DNA from: Promethearchaeia archaeon
GTDB lineage: Archaea; Asgardarchaeota; Lokiarchaeia; Sigyniarchaeales; SOKP01
Assembly: GCA_046497275.1 (NCBI GenBank)
Contig: JAWOFX010000097.1
Span: 1 to 32,000, forward strand
Reading direction: 5' to 3'
Length of the DNA: 32,000 nucleotides
The notes below the pieces were generated by a model. The model made no database searches. It was not told the DNA's origin and saw nothing but the letters and a program-made list of their open reading frames with translations. This document shows positions 8,971 to 18,129 of this stretch, piece by piece (position 1 is the stretch's first letter; every line of letters begins with the position of its first letter). The translations under genes were made by a program, and so were the position numbers.

Positions 8971-10767
8971 CTATCCTGGAATCCAAAATAGATTAAATCC
9001 AAATGTTAAAAATGAGAGTAAAAAATTGCCAACAACGATAAATAAGGTAACTGCTCTAATAGAATTGATTATAATACTTTTTAATTTTGTTTTGCTATCA
9101 TGCATATAGCTATAGGATACTTCTATTAGAGTGCCTTCTTTTATGTTTGATTTCTCCGATATATTTAAGGAAATTGTTGATTTAAATCCATCTCCTATTT
9201 TATCTATTAATTCATAATTTTCTTTACCTAAGGTTATTTCACTCTGATCCTTTTTTTCCCCTTCCATAATAAATTTTATTGAATCTATTTCATCTACACG
9301 GTATTCAGATAATTCCATTTCATTATCGTCCAATTTAAATTTAAACCGATCTTTTTTCTTTCTTTTTTCCTCATAACTCTCTCCAATACCCCAATTAATC
9401 AGTTCTTTAACCACTCTGTCCCCATCAAATATTGGAAGAGGAAGCATATTAAAGAGTGTTATGCTGAAAGAAATGACAAATAACCAGAAGAGTTCTTGAT
9501 TAATAAAGTAGGGAAAGAAATTGGTAAAAAACTGACCGATACTATTTTTATACATATAATAGATAGCACTGGTTATCCCGATATAGGGCTCGGCATTCTT
9601 TACTTTATATGTATAATTCATATTATTTTGCGATGTCAATATTATTTCATTTAGAGTAAAATTAGTTCGAAAACTCCAGAATGTGATACCCTTTGAATAA
9701 TTAAGAGAGATCCCATTTATTTTAGTTATGTTTATATCTAAATTCTCTCCACTTGTGTAATTATAAGTAAGTTTGATGGCAGTGTTATTGATAATCTCGT
9801 ATTTTAAAGGTATTTTGGGGCCTAATGTAATATTTTTTTCGAGGATGCCACTATTTGGGTTGTAAATTTTTAAAGTTAGATTTTCTCCAACAGAAGTGGT
9901 TATCCCCTCTGTTTTATTATTTAAAATAGAATTTAAATTGATCCCCCGATATTGGTCTAATTCTACATAATCTTCATCACTCTGAAAAGGTTTCTTAATC
10001 GCTAAAATTTGATCATTTACTGACAAATTTCCATAATTATAACCCCCTTCGTCTATTGTTAGAACACTTTGTACTTGAGGAACTTGAGAATAAAAAGGTG
10101 AAATCATATGAGGTGCTGCTAAGATTAATAAGAAACCAATTCCAGCGGTTATTGCGTTTATATAAGTTCCAGCAGCGCTAATTCTCAGACGTGTTCCTCT
10201 TGAGTATTTGTTAGAGTTCAATTCTCTCTCATCTACCTCTACGAAAGCTCCAAAACCTATTAAAAAAAATATTCCTGCTCCCAAAACACCAGTCGACTGA
10301 ATTTCAACATCATCCGCAGTTGCGGCAATACCATGTGCCAATTCATGAGTAGTAACTATAAACAATAATGGAATTAGTAAATAAGCAAAGATTGGAAGAT
10401 CCACTGTGACTCCTGGTATTAATGGTGTAATTGCATTAGTTATTGACGGGCTTATTAATAAATTCACAAAATTACTAAAAAAAAACCAAAAAGCAAAAAT
10501 CGTAAAGGAGAAAGAGACGAAAATTCCAATTGTCCAAAAGATTTTCCAAAAACGGGGTGCTTTCTTACCTAATTTCGTTATAAATCTATTTAATCTTTTT
10601 GTTTTAAACATCGCTAACAAAGGAAAGAAAACAGTATAGGCCTCCTTTTTTTTTCGGAGGATTAAGATCATAAGACCCACAATTCCCCAGAAAATTAAAG
10701 ATACAATAAACCAAGGATTGAGTATAAAATCGATTATTGTATCTGTTAAAGTCATATCTAATATCAA
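8971..10767 (-). CDS. Site-2 protease (M50 family, S2P/MBTPS2-like) intramembrane metalloprotease
   Basis: HELAH zinc motif inside a hydrophobic helix, GAFVEVDE, RLRISAAG, NMLPLPIFDG, several TM segments, and a large soluble PDZ-like insert. Confidence 0.92.
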   Translation of the reverse strand: MILDMTLTDTIIDFILNPWFIVSLIFWGIVGLMILILRKKKEAYTVFFPLLAMFKTKRLNRFITKLGKKAPRFWKIFWTIGIFVSFSFTIFAFWFFFSNFVNLLISPSITNAITPLIPGVTVDLPIFAYLLIPLLFIVTTHELAHGIAATADDVEIQSTGVLGAGIFFLIGFGAFVEVDERELNSNKYSRGTRLRISAAGTYINAITAGIGFLLILAAPHMISPFYSQVPQVQSVLTIDEGGYNYGNLSVNDQILAIKKPFQSDEDYVELDQYRGINLNSILNNKTEGITTSVGENLTLKIYNPNSGILEKNITLGPKIPLKYEIINNTAIKLTYNYTSGENLDINITKINGISLNYSKGITFWSFRTNFTLNEIILTSQNNMNYTYKVKNAEPYIGITSAIYYMYKNSIGQFFTNFFPYFINQELFWLFVISFSITLFNMLPLPIFDGDRVVKELINWGIGESYEEKRKKKDRFKFKLDDNEMELSEYRVDEIDSIKFIMEGEKKDQSEITLGKENYELIDKIGDGFKSTISLNISEKSNIKEGTLIEVSYSYMHDSKTKLKSIIINSIRAVTLFIVVGNFLLSFLTFGFNLFWIPG

Positions 10768-10958
10768 TGGAATTATTACAAATTTTAATTTAAAATGAAA
10801 ATTAAATTTATTTATTTTAAAAATTCAAATAAGTGTTAAAAATGTTTAATTCATCTAAAAACACTATAGTGGATTTAAGTTAAAATTATAAGAAATGTTT
10901 AATAATCAAATATACCAATATAAAATAATAATGTATCTCAAACTGCTTTATCAATAAA

Positions 10959-11065
10959 AGCGGGGTGGGCTAGCCTGGTTTATCAATAAGCGATTTACAC
11001 TTATTAAATACGCCGCAGGGCTCATAACCCTGAGACCGTTCGTTCAAATCGAACCCCCGCTACCA
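10959..11065 (+). tRNA. trnM: Initiator tRNA-Met (anticodon CAT at 11023-11025) with a 28-nt intron at position 22/23 (10984-11011); CCA encoded
   Basis: Acceptor stem AGCGGGG/CCCCGCT with A1-U72, G11-C24, anticodon stem CAGGG/CCCTG with three G-C pairs, T arm GTTCG-TTCAAAT-CGAAC. Removing CAATAAGCGATTTACACTTATTAAATAC restores a normal D arm. Confidence 0.93.
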
Positions 11066-11181
11066 TTTTTATCTTCTTCGATTGATATGAATTCTAAACT
11101 TTATGAGTTAATAATTATTCTTTAAAAACATTAAATTAAATATATAATAGAATTTATTAACTGACAATTTGTGGATAAATA

Positions 11182-11925
11182 ATGAGTCAAACAGAAACAT
11201 ATAAAAGATTTCCAGCAGTAAGATGTTGGATTTATCATATTTTAGAAGGAAAGTATTCACATCGAGATAAATCACTTTACACTATATTTGGACAAGTAAA
11301 AAGAGTAAGAATTGTAGCAACAATTGTAGATAAACGTGAATTTATAAATAGTTCCGGAAACCAAGAGGAGGAACTATTTGAAGATAAAGATTCCACTAAT
11401 TCAAGAGTAGAATTTGATTTAGATGACGGAACAGGATTAATAAGAGCGATATTATGGCGTGTAAATCCAGAAGATTATAATGATTATAGTGAAGGAGATA
11501 TTGTTGATATTATTGGATTAATTCGGCGCTGGGAAAAATATACATCTATTTCTCCGGAAATTATAAAAAAGATTCAAGAACCAAATTTTTTATTACTAAG
11601 AGATGCTGAAATTATTCATAGGATAGAGACTGGAGATATTGCAGAAATCCCAGAAATACAAGAGGGAGATAATAATCTAGATGAATTAACTGATGAAATA
11701 GACATTGATTCTCTTTTTTCAGATGAAGAAAATAACTTGACCACTAAAAAAGAAGAAATTTTTGAACTTATAGAAGAATATTCTCAAAATGGCGAGGGAA
11801 TAGCTTTTAATATCATTAAAGAAAAGTTAGATATATCCGAAGAAGAATTAAAGAATTATTTACGGGAATTAGAAATGGAAATGAAGATTTATCAATCAGA
11901 AAATGAGATCTATCAAATTTATTAG
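11182..11925 (+). CDS. RPA2/RPA32-like OB-fold ssDNA-binding protein with acidic linker and C-terminal winged helix
   Basis: VRIVATIV...FDLDDGTGLIRAILW...GDIVDIIGLIR OB signature, then an acidic linker and a helical C-terminus ending ELEMEMKIYQSENEIYQIY. Confidence 0.75.
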   Translation: MSQTETYKRFPAVRCWIYHILEGKYSHRDKSLYTIFGQVKRVRIVATIVDKREFINSSGNQEEELFEDKDSTNSRVEFDLDDGTGLIRAILWRVNPEDYNDYSEGDIVDIIGLIRRWEKYTSISPEIIKKIQEPNFLLLRDAEIIHRIETGDIAEIPEIQEGDNNLDELTDEIDIDSLFSDEENNLTTKKEEIFELIEEYSQNGEGIAFNIIKEKLDISEEELKNYLRELEMEMKIYQSENEIYQIY

Positions 11926-12050
11926 TAATAACTTACTCTGATAAAAAATTCTATTTCTGTAAATGATAATATAGGATTTGATAAGTTCCAAAATCATAAA
12001 ATTATTCTTTCATTAAGGATTACATTTATTATTAAATTATATTATCTATA

Positions 12051-12470
12051 GTGAGAATTATGGATCTGAATAAATACGATGATTTGTTGAATAAAGCATA
12101 TGATAAGATACCAGACAATGTAAAGCAATCAAGTAGGTTCGAGATTCCCGAGGTTAAGGTCAGATATGAAGGAAAGAATACCTATATCACAAATTTTAAT
12201 AAAATTTTAAATACACTTAATAGAGATAAAAAACATTTTATTGGAATTTTTCTTAAAATGGCAGGCACTATGGGAGAGATTAGAGGAAATCAACTCTTTT
12301 TAAAGAGTAGATATAAATCTCAAGTATTAGATAGGTTAATAAAGGAATATGCAGGAAAATATGTATTATGCAATGTATGCAATAAACCAGATACGCAAAT
12401 CGTTAAAGAAGGAAAAAAAGAATATCTCAAATGTACAGCTTGTGGTGCAAGAACAGAAATTAAAGACTAA
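12051..12470 (+). CDS. eif2b: Translation initiation factor aIF-2 beta subunit
   Basis: YDDLLNKAY, SRFEIPEV, GKNTYITNF, and YVLCNVCNKPDTQ...CTACGA Zn ribbon. GTG start in the track; ATG at 12060 is possible. Confidence 0.95.
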   Translation: MRIMDLNKYDDLLNKAYDKIPDNVKQSSRFEIPEVKVRYEGKNTYITNFNKILNTLNRDKKHFIGIFLKMAGTMGEIRGNQLFLKSRYKSQVLDRLIKEYAGKYVLCNVCNKPDTQIVKEGKKEYLKCTACGARTEIKD

Positions 12471-12482
12471 CCAGATTAAAAA

Positions 12483-12779
12483 ATGAAGGTATATCTAAAA
12501 ATACATTATAGAAGTGGCATAGAAACGGTTGCTTGTTGTGATGAGGATCTTTTAAGGAAAGTATTTAAGGAAGGAAATTTGAGGATTGAAATTACCGAGC
12601 AATTTTTTGGTGGTGATTTGATTAATATTAAAGAAGCTGTAGAAATATTAAAAGAGGCATCTTACTTTAATATAGTTGGTGAAACTATTATAAAAGAAGT
12701 AGTCAATCAGAAAATCCTCCCTAAAGAGGGTATAAGACGGATAAATGGTATACCAATGGCCTTGAAGATGATGTTTTGA
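12483..12779 (+). CDS. DUF424 family protein
   Basis: VACCDEDLL...FKEG-x-LRIEI-x-EQFFGG and YFNIVGE-x-II; conserved position next to aIF-2beta and NMD3. Confidence 0.88.
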   Translation: MKVYLKIHYRSGIETVACCDEDLLRKVFKEGNLRIEITEQFFGGDLINIKEAVEILKEASYFNIVGETIIKEVVNQKILPKEGIRRINGIPMALKMMF

Positions 12780-13705
12780 TGCCAAATAGATTTTGTGCGA
12801 TTTGTGGAAAAAAGATTGATGAATCTGCACCCCATTATGGAATGTGTCTTGAATGCTATTTAAAAGAAAACCCATTATTTACTCTTCAAAAAAATTTCTC
12901 TATCAATGTATGTCTTGATTGCCTTAGTTATTCTAAAAAGCAGCAATGGTATGAACCTGAAATAAAAGATATATTTTACATCATAGAAGAAGCAATTAAT
13001 AGTTTTATATTGAAATCACTTTTGAAGAATGATACTATTCAGTTTGAGATTGAGTTTGATCAAAATAGTTTTGAATATTCTTCAAAAGACCTATTAAGGA
13101 CTCTAAAAGTGATCATTGTTGGCAAACTAAAGGACAAGCCCCGAATTAACCACAAGGAGGAGATTGGGGTGAATATAAATTATGAATTATGTGATAACTG
13201 TCAGAAAATTCGGGGGGGATCATATTATACTGCGATTTTACAGCTCCGTGTTAGGAAAGATCAGGATTTTAATTTGATTAATGAAGTTTTAAATGAGATT
13301 CAGAAGTATACAGAAAAATTATTCGATAAAGACCCAAGACATTTTATTTCTGAAGTAAAGGATCAAAAATATGGTGTGGATTTATATTTAAGTACTAATG
13401 AAATTATGAATTATTTAATATCTTTCTTAAACAATAAATACCATTTTCTCCTTAAAAGATCAAAAAAATTAGTAGGAAGAGATAACCAGAAGGGTAAGAA
13501 CATTTATAGAATAAAAACGTTATTAAAATTCTTACCGATTAATAAAGGCGATATCATTTTAATTGATAAGGGGAAAAAGTTCGTAATTGATACAATATTA
13601 AAAACCAAGATTATTTTAAAGGATTATAAAGGTGAAAAAATAACTAAAGATTTTCAATATTTTTTTGATATAGATTTTGAAAAAGTAGATGAGAATCATA
13701 AATAA
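12776..13705 (+). CDS. nmd3: NMD3 family ribosome biogenesis protein
   Basis: FCAICG...CLEC, VCLDC, LCDNC-x-K-x-RGGSYYTAILQLR, GVDLYL and KKLVGRD-x-x-KG...YR. Confidence 0.93.
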   Translation: MMPNRFCAICGKKIDESAPHYGMCLECYLKENPLFTLQKNFSINVCLDCLSYSKKQQWYEPEIKDIFYIIEEAINSFILKSLLKNDTIQFEIEFDQNSFEYSSKDLLRTLKVIIVGKLKDKPRINHKEEIGVNINYELCDNCQKIRGGSYYTAILQLRVRKDQDFNLINEVLNEIQKYTEKLFDKDPRHFISEVKDQKYGVDLYLSTNEIMNYLISFLNNKYHFLLKRSKKLVGRDNQKGKNIYRIKTLLKFLPINKGDIILIDKGKKFVIDTILKTKIILKDYKGEKITKDFQYFFDIDFEKVDENHK

Positions 13706-13728
13706 TATTCTTTTATTGGTGATCTTAT

Positions 13729-14538
13729 TTGTCGAATAATGAGGATGATGATGTGTATTATGATTTAGACCAAAATTTAGATGATTTGATAAAAAAAAAG
13801 ATAGATAATAAAAGAATAAAAAATATTGATGATTCTAAGAAAAGATCTGCTTTTGAATCAGTATTTGATGAGAGAACTATAGTACAATTACAAAAAATAA
13901 TAGAAAAAGAAATTTTAGATAAAGTAGAGGGAATTATTTCCGCTGGGAAAGAAGCAAATGTGTATTTAGGATATAATCCAGAAGGAAAAGAAGTAGCAAT
14001 AAAGATCTATAAAATTGATTCTAATACTTCCAGATGGATGAAGAATTATATAATAGGAGATCCTCGTTTTAAAAAAATTCCTAAAAATATTAGCAAAATA
14101 ATATATTTATGGGCAAGTAAAGAATACAAGAATCTAAAAAGAGCAGAAAAAACGGGATTAAGGGTTCCTAAACCCCTATTTGTAAGGAAGAATATCTTAA
14201 TAATGGAATATATTGGATTTGGAATTATTCCTGCCCCTAGATTAAAAGAAATTAAGAATCCCGTAAATCCTGATTATCTATTAGATGATATTTTGAATTT
14301 TATTAAAAAACTATATCAAGAGGCTAAATTAGTTCATGGAGATTTATCTGAATTCAATATTCTATATCATAATCAAAAACCTTATTATATAGATATCTCT
14401 CAAGCTGTTTCAATAGAACATCCGAAATCGGAAAAATTTTTAGTAAGAGACATTAAAAATATTTTTAAATATTTCGAAAATTTTAATATCGAATTGCCTA
14501 ATCCAGAAAATTTATATTATAATATTATCGATATTTAA
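13729..14538 (+). CDS. rio1: RIO1 family Ser/Thr kinase/ATPase
   Basis: ISAGKEANVY, VAIKIYK, YIIGDPRF, LVHGDLSEFNIL and IDISQAV. TTG start preceded by a GGTGA Shine-Dalgarno-like motif. Confidence 0.95.
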   Translation: MSNNEDDDVYYDLDQNLDDLIKKKIDNKRIKNIDDSKKRSAFESVFDERTIVQLQKIIEKEILDKVEGIISAGKEANVYLGYNPEGKEVAIKIYKIDSNTSRWMKNYIIGDPRFKKIPKNISKIIYLWASKEYKNLKRAEKTGLRVPKPLFVRKNILIMEYIGFGIIPAPRLKEIKNPVNPDYLLDDILNFIKKLYQEAKLVHGDLSEFNILYHNQKPYYIDISQAVSIEHPKSEKFLVRDIKNIFKYFENFNIELPNPENLYYNIIDI

Positions 14539-14651
14539 AAAGATTACAAATCATGAATATTTTTTACGGAAAGATTTGATAAATAATCAAAAATTAAATA
14601 ATAAGAGATCAATTATAAAATGCTTAATCCATAAATTAAGATAGAAAAAAG

Positions 14652-15212
14652 ATGTTTAAACTAAACAAGGGACGGATTGGAGTAGTGATTGGTTCTAATG
14701 GCGAAACTAAAGAAGAAATTGAAAAAGAATTGGGAATCTGTTTAGATATTGATAGCAAAACCGGAGAAGTTGAAATAAAACCAGATCCTGATAGTGATAA
14801 TTACGATCCACTCAATCAATTAACCGCAAAAAAAATAATTCAAGCAATTAATAGAGGATTTAATCCTGTTAAAGCTTTAAAATTAAAAGATTTTGATTAT
14901 GAATTAGAGATATTTAATCTTATCCAAATATTAGGTAAATCAGAAAAAAAGTTGAAAAGAATCAAAGGAAGATTAATTGGGCGGAATGGAGAGATAAGAA
15001 AAGCCATAGAGAGATACGCTGAGTGTTTTGTTTCTATATATGGCAAAACAGTAGCTGTTATAGCAGATTATGAAAATCTCCAAATAGCAAGAAAAGCAAT
15101 AAATATGATAATCACTGGGATGCCTCATCATACAGTTTTAAGATTTCTTGAGGATAAATATAGCGAGAAACAAAAAGAAAGATTTAGAGAGATGTATAAA
15201 CCAGAATTTTAA
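14652..15212 (+). CDS. dim2: KH-domain SSU biogenesis protein Dim2/Pno1 (Krr1-like)
   Basis: Two KH GxxG loops (RIGVVIGSNG, KGRLIGRNG), AINRGFNP, SIYGKTVAVI and GMPH; follows rio1 as in the conserved archaeal cluster. Confidence 0.92.
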   Translation: MFKLNKGRIGVVIGSNGETKEEIEKELGICLDIDSKTGEVEIKPDPDSDNYDPLNQLTAKKIIQAINRGFNPVKALKLKDFDYELEIFNLIQILGKSEKKLKRIKGRLIGRNGEIRKAIERYAECFVSIYGKTVAVIADYENLQIARKAINMIITGMPHHTVLRFLEDKYSEKQKERFREMYKPEF

Positions 15213-15213
15213 T

Positions 15214-15579
15214 TTAAAATCTTATCTTTTTAAGACTTTCTTTAATATTTTTAAATAAGTCCTTTCCATATATAATCTGCCTAATTTCTTTTAGTAAATC
15301 TTCTTTGTTATTTATCTTATTAACGGAAAATAATTCTTTATATTCTTCATCAAATGATTCAGATATTGAGACCTCAAAACTTTTTATTTCATAATAATTC
15401 TGATTAAAATTCTTAACTATAATAATATGACGAGGATAGAGAGTTAATTCACTTAAAGAAATAGACCATCCATCAATAAAATAATGTGTTTCAATTGAGA
15501 AGAACTTATTCCATCGTTCTAAATATTTTAAAATAGAATGTATCTCCTCTTGAGAAGAGGTTGAATATTTACTTTCCAT
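15214..15579 (-). CDS. Hypothetical protein (121 aa) directly downstream of ftsZ
   Basis: ATG-started ORF filling the gap between dim2 (convergent) and ftsZ. No family recognised. Confidence 0.65.
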   Translation of the reverse strand: MESKYSTSSQEEIHSILKYLERWNKFFSIETHYFIDGWSISLSELTLYPRHIIIVKNFNQNYYEIKSFEVSISESFDEEYKELFSVNKINNKEDLLKEIRQIIYGKDLFKNIKESLKKIRF

Positions 15580-15623
15580 GTAATAGACTATAAAAACAAG
15601 TATAAAAAATACGAATTTTTTAA

Positions 15624-16730
15624 TTAATCAGAACTAATTTCATTTATATTAAATATTTCATCCGATAATCCAACTTTTTCTCTTGAAATAGATTGATCTA
15701 TTTCTAATTCTTCAGGAATAAATTCTTTTCCAAATATCTGCGGGGATTTAATACCCGTTATTAATAACATAACTCTTAAAAATCCCTCAAATTCATCTGA
15801 AACCCTTGCACCCCATATAACCATAGAATCATTAACATCCATAGCTTCAGAAATTTTTGCTGCAACAGAATTAGCTTCAGCTAAAGTCATGTCATTGCCC
15901 CCACATATATGTATAAGTGCTCCTTTTGCTCCAGATATATCTACATCTAAGAGAGGAGATCTCAGAGCATCCTCTATGGCTTCGTTTACTCGATGTTCTT
16001 TAGCATTCGATTCACCTACTCCAACTATAGTAACTCCCCCTGTACCTAAAATAGTTTTTACATCTGCATAATCTAGATTAATAAGAGACGGCATAGAAAT
16101 CGTTTCAGTGATACCTTTTACCATAGTGGCTAAAACTTCATCAGCAACGCTAAAAGCTTCAATAATTGGAAGGTTAGGGGCGATATCTAATAATTTATTA
16201 TTATCAATAACTACTAAAGTGTCAACATATCGTCTTAATTTTTTCAGACCATTTTGGGCATTTTCGATTCTTCCTATTTCTGATTTAAATGGCATAGTAA
16301 CAACCCCAACAACGATAGCGTCTTCATTTTTTGCTATCTCAGCTATAATAGGTGCACTCCCTGTGCCTGTTCCCCCTCCCTCTCCACAAGTTATAAATAC
16401 TAAATCAGATTCTCTTAGAACTTTTATTAAATCCTCCCGATCCTCCTCGGCGGCAGCTTTCCCAATCTCAGGATTCCCTCCTGCCCCTAAACCTCTTGTT
16501 AAGTTTTTACCTATTAGAATTTTAATGTGAGACTCAATCATATCTAAATGTTGATGATCAGTATTAACAGCAACGCATTTTGCTCCTTTAATCCCTATTT
16601 TCATTAATCTATCAATTGTATTATTACCAGCTCCTCCAGCACCTACAATTTTTATATTTGCATAACCAATATTTTGGCGATCAGGTCGATTTATTGCTCT
16701 TTTTTTAGCATTTTTAATAAATGATTCCAC
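15624..16730 (-). CDS. ftsZ: Cell division GTPase FtsZ
   Basis: GAGGAGNNTIDRL, VNTD, TRGLGAGGNPEIG, tubulin signature GEGGGTGTG and T7 loop SLINLDYADV. GTG start. Confidence 0.97.
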   Translation of the reverse strand: MESFIKNAKKRAINRPDRQNIGYANIKIVGAGGAGNNTIDRLMKIGIKGAKCVAVNTDHQHLDMIESHIKILIGKNLTRGLGAGGNPEIGKAAAEEDREDLIKVLRESDLVFITCGEGGGTGTGSAPIIAEIAKNEDAIVVGVVTMPFKSEIGRIENAQNGLKKLRRYVDTLVVIDNNKLLDIAPNLPIIEAFSVADEVLATMVKGITETISMPSLINLDYADVKTILGTGGVTIVGVGESNAKEHRVNEAIEDALRSPLLDVDISGAKGALIHICGGNDMTLAEANSVAAKISEAMDVNDSMVIWGARVSDEFEGFLRVMLLITGIKSPQIFGKEFIPEELEIDQSISREKVGLSDEIFNINEISSD

Positions 16731-16900
16731 AATAATTCACTAATAATATTAAAATTTAGTTAAAAGAGAAGAAATTGAACAAAAATTAGAAATTATATAA
16801 TATCTGGATAATATTCATATAATACTCAGATATTATGCATTTTGTAAGTGTGCAAAACGAATCTCAACGCCCAATAATTTCAAATTTATTTTTAATATTA

Positions 16901-18118
16901 TTATAGTGAAAAGTCATTTTCTTTTTCAGGATTGAATATTTCTTGATAATGATTATCCTTTACCAATAAAATACTAGGAAGACGATAAGGAAATCTATTT
17001 GAAAATGTGAGACAATAAGCACCCACATTAGTTATAAGAACTTTATCATTTAATTTTATAGTATCTGTAAAAAAGTAATCTTTTACTAGTATATCTTGAT
17101 CTGTTGGAATAATCCCAGCAATAGATGTTTTAAATTTGTGGGCAGTATCAATTCTGGAAGCATTATAAAATCTAAGAGAGCAATTCGCAAATTTAGGACA
17201 TATATGATTGCCAATGTTTAGAAAGATCCATCTGTCTTTTGAAATTTTAATAACATCAGTCACAAAAACACCCGCGTCCCCAACTATATATCTTCCAGGT
17301 TCCGCATATATTCTTTCAATTCCTATGGATTTTTCCTTAATATAACTTTTTATTCCTTGAGCAATTCTTTTCAATTGTTTTTTTGGCATAACCGTTGCTT
17401 CAGGAAATCCACCACCGATATTTATATTTTTAATATCAAGATTTTTTTGTTTCAATAATTCTTTTGCTTTAATTAGAACCTTAATATTTTCTAAAAATTG
17501 ATTTAAACTGTTCATCTGAGTACTATAATGTGAGAGTAATGTCGTCAGATTAAGATTTGAATATTTAGAAAATAGATTTATTATTTTTTTAACCACTGTT
17601 TTATTTATTTTCACTCCTAACTTACTTTCATATTTCATAGAATTTATACGTAAACAAATGTCTTGAGTTACCTTTAAATCACCCGCTATCTTGTTAACAC
17701 GTTCCAAATCATCTAAATCATATATAATTATCTCCCTTATTGAATTCTCTAATGAGGATTTTATTAATTTATTTGGTAAATATGGACCACCTAATATTAT
17801 TTTATCGGGATTAACCCCCGCTTTAAGAGTTGTATTTAGTTCCGGCAAGCTAATTAATTCAGCACCAATATCCTCTGAAGAGATTATTTTTAAAACTGAA
17901 TCTAAATAGTTTGATTTAATAGAATAGAAACACTGAAATTCAGAAAAAACAGAGTTGAAAATTTCTTTAAAAGTATTAATATTATCTCTTATTCTATTTT
18001 CTATTAAAATCATAAATGGTGTTTCAAATTTCTCTATTAATTCATTCAAGGGGACAGAGTCAATGAAAATTGTATTCATATCCACTTTTAAATAAGGATT
18101 TCCAGCTAATTTTTTCAT
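16901..18118 (-). CDS. Fold-type III PLP enzyme (LysA/ornithine decarboxylase family), divergent active site
   Basis: PLP lysine in FYSIKSN, HYSTQ, NIGGGFP, EPGRYIVG and VGAY. The usual GPLCxxxD motif reads GIIPTDQD. Confidence 0.8.
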   Translation of the reverse strand: MKKLAGNPYLKVDMNTIFIDSVPLNELIEKFETPFMILIENRIRDNINTFKEIFNSVFSEFQCFYSIKSNYLDSVLKIISSEDIGAELISLPELNTTLKAGVNPDKIILGGPYLPNKLIKSSLENSIREIIIYDLDDLERVNKIAGDLKVTQDICLRINSMKYESKLGVKINKTVVKKIINLFSKYSNLNLTTLLSHYSTQMNSLNQFLENIKVLIKAKELLKQKNLDIKNINIGGGFPEATVMPKKQLKRIAQGIKSYIKEKSIGIERIYAEPGRYIVGDAGVFVTDVIKISKDRWIFLNIGNHICPKFANCSLRFYNASRIDTAHKFKTSIAGIIPTDQDILVKDYFFTDTIKLNDKVLITNVGAYCLTFSNRFPYRLPSILLVKDNHYQEIFNPEKENDFSL

Positions 18119-18129
18119 ATTTTTACTTT

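Noticed and set aside
16901-18118. Straight annotation as diaminopimelate decarboxylase (lysA)
   Set aside because: The CESGD-type motif is absent, and a LysY-type reductase in the window hints at a LysW route, so the specific gene name is not supported.
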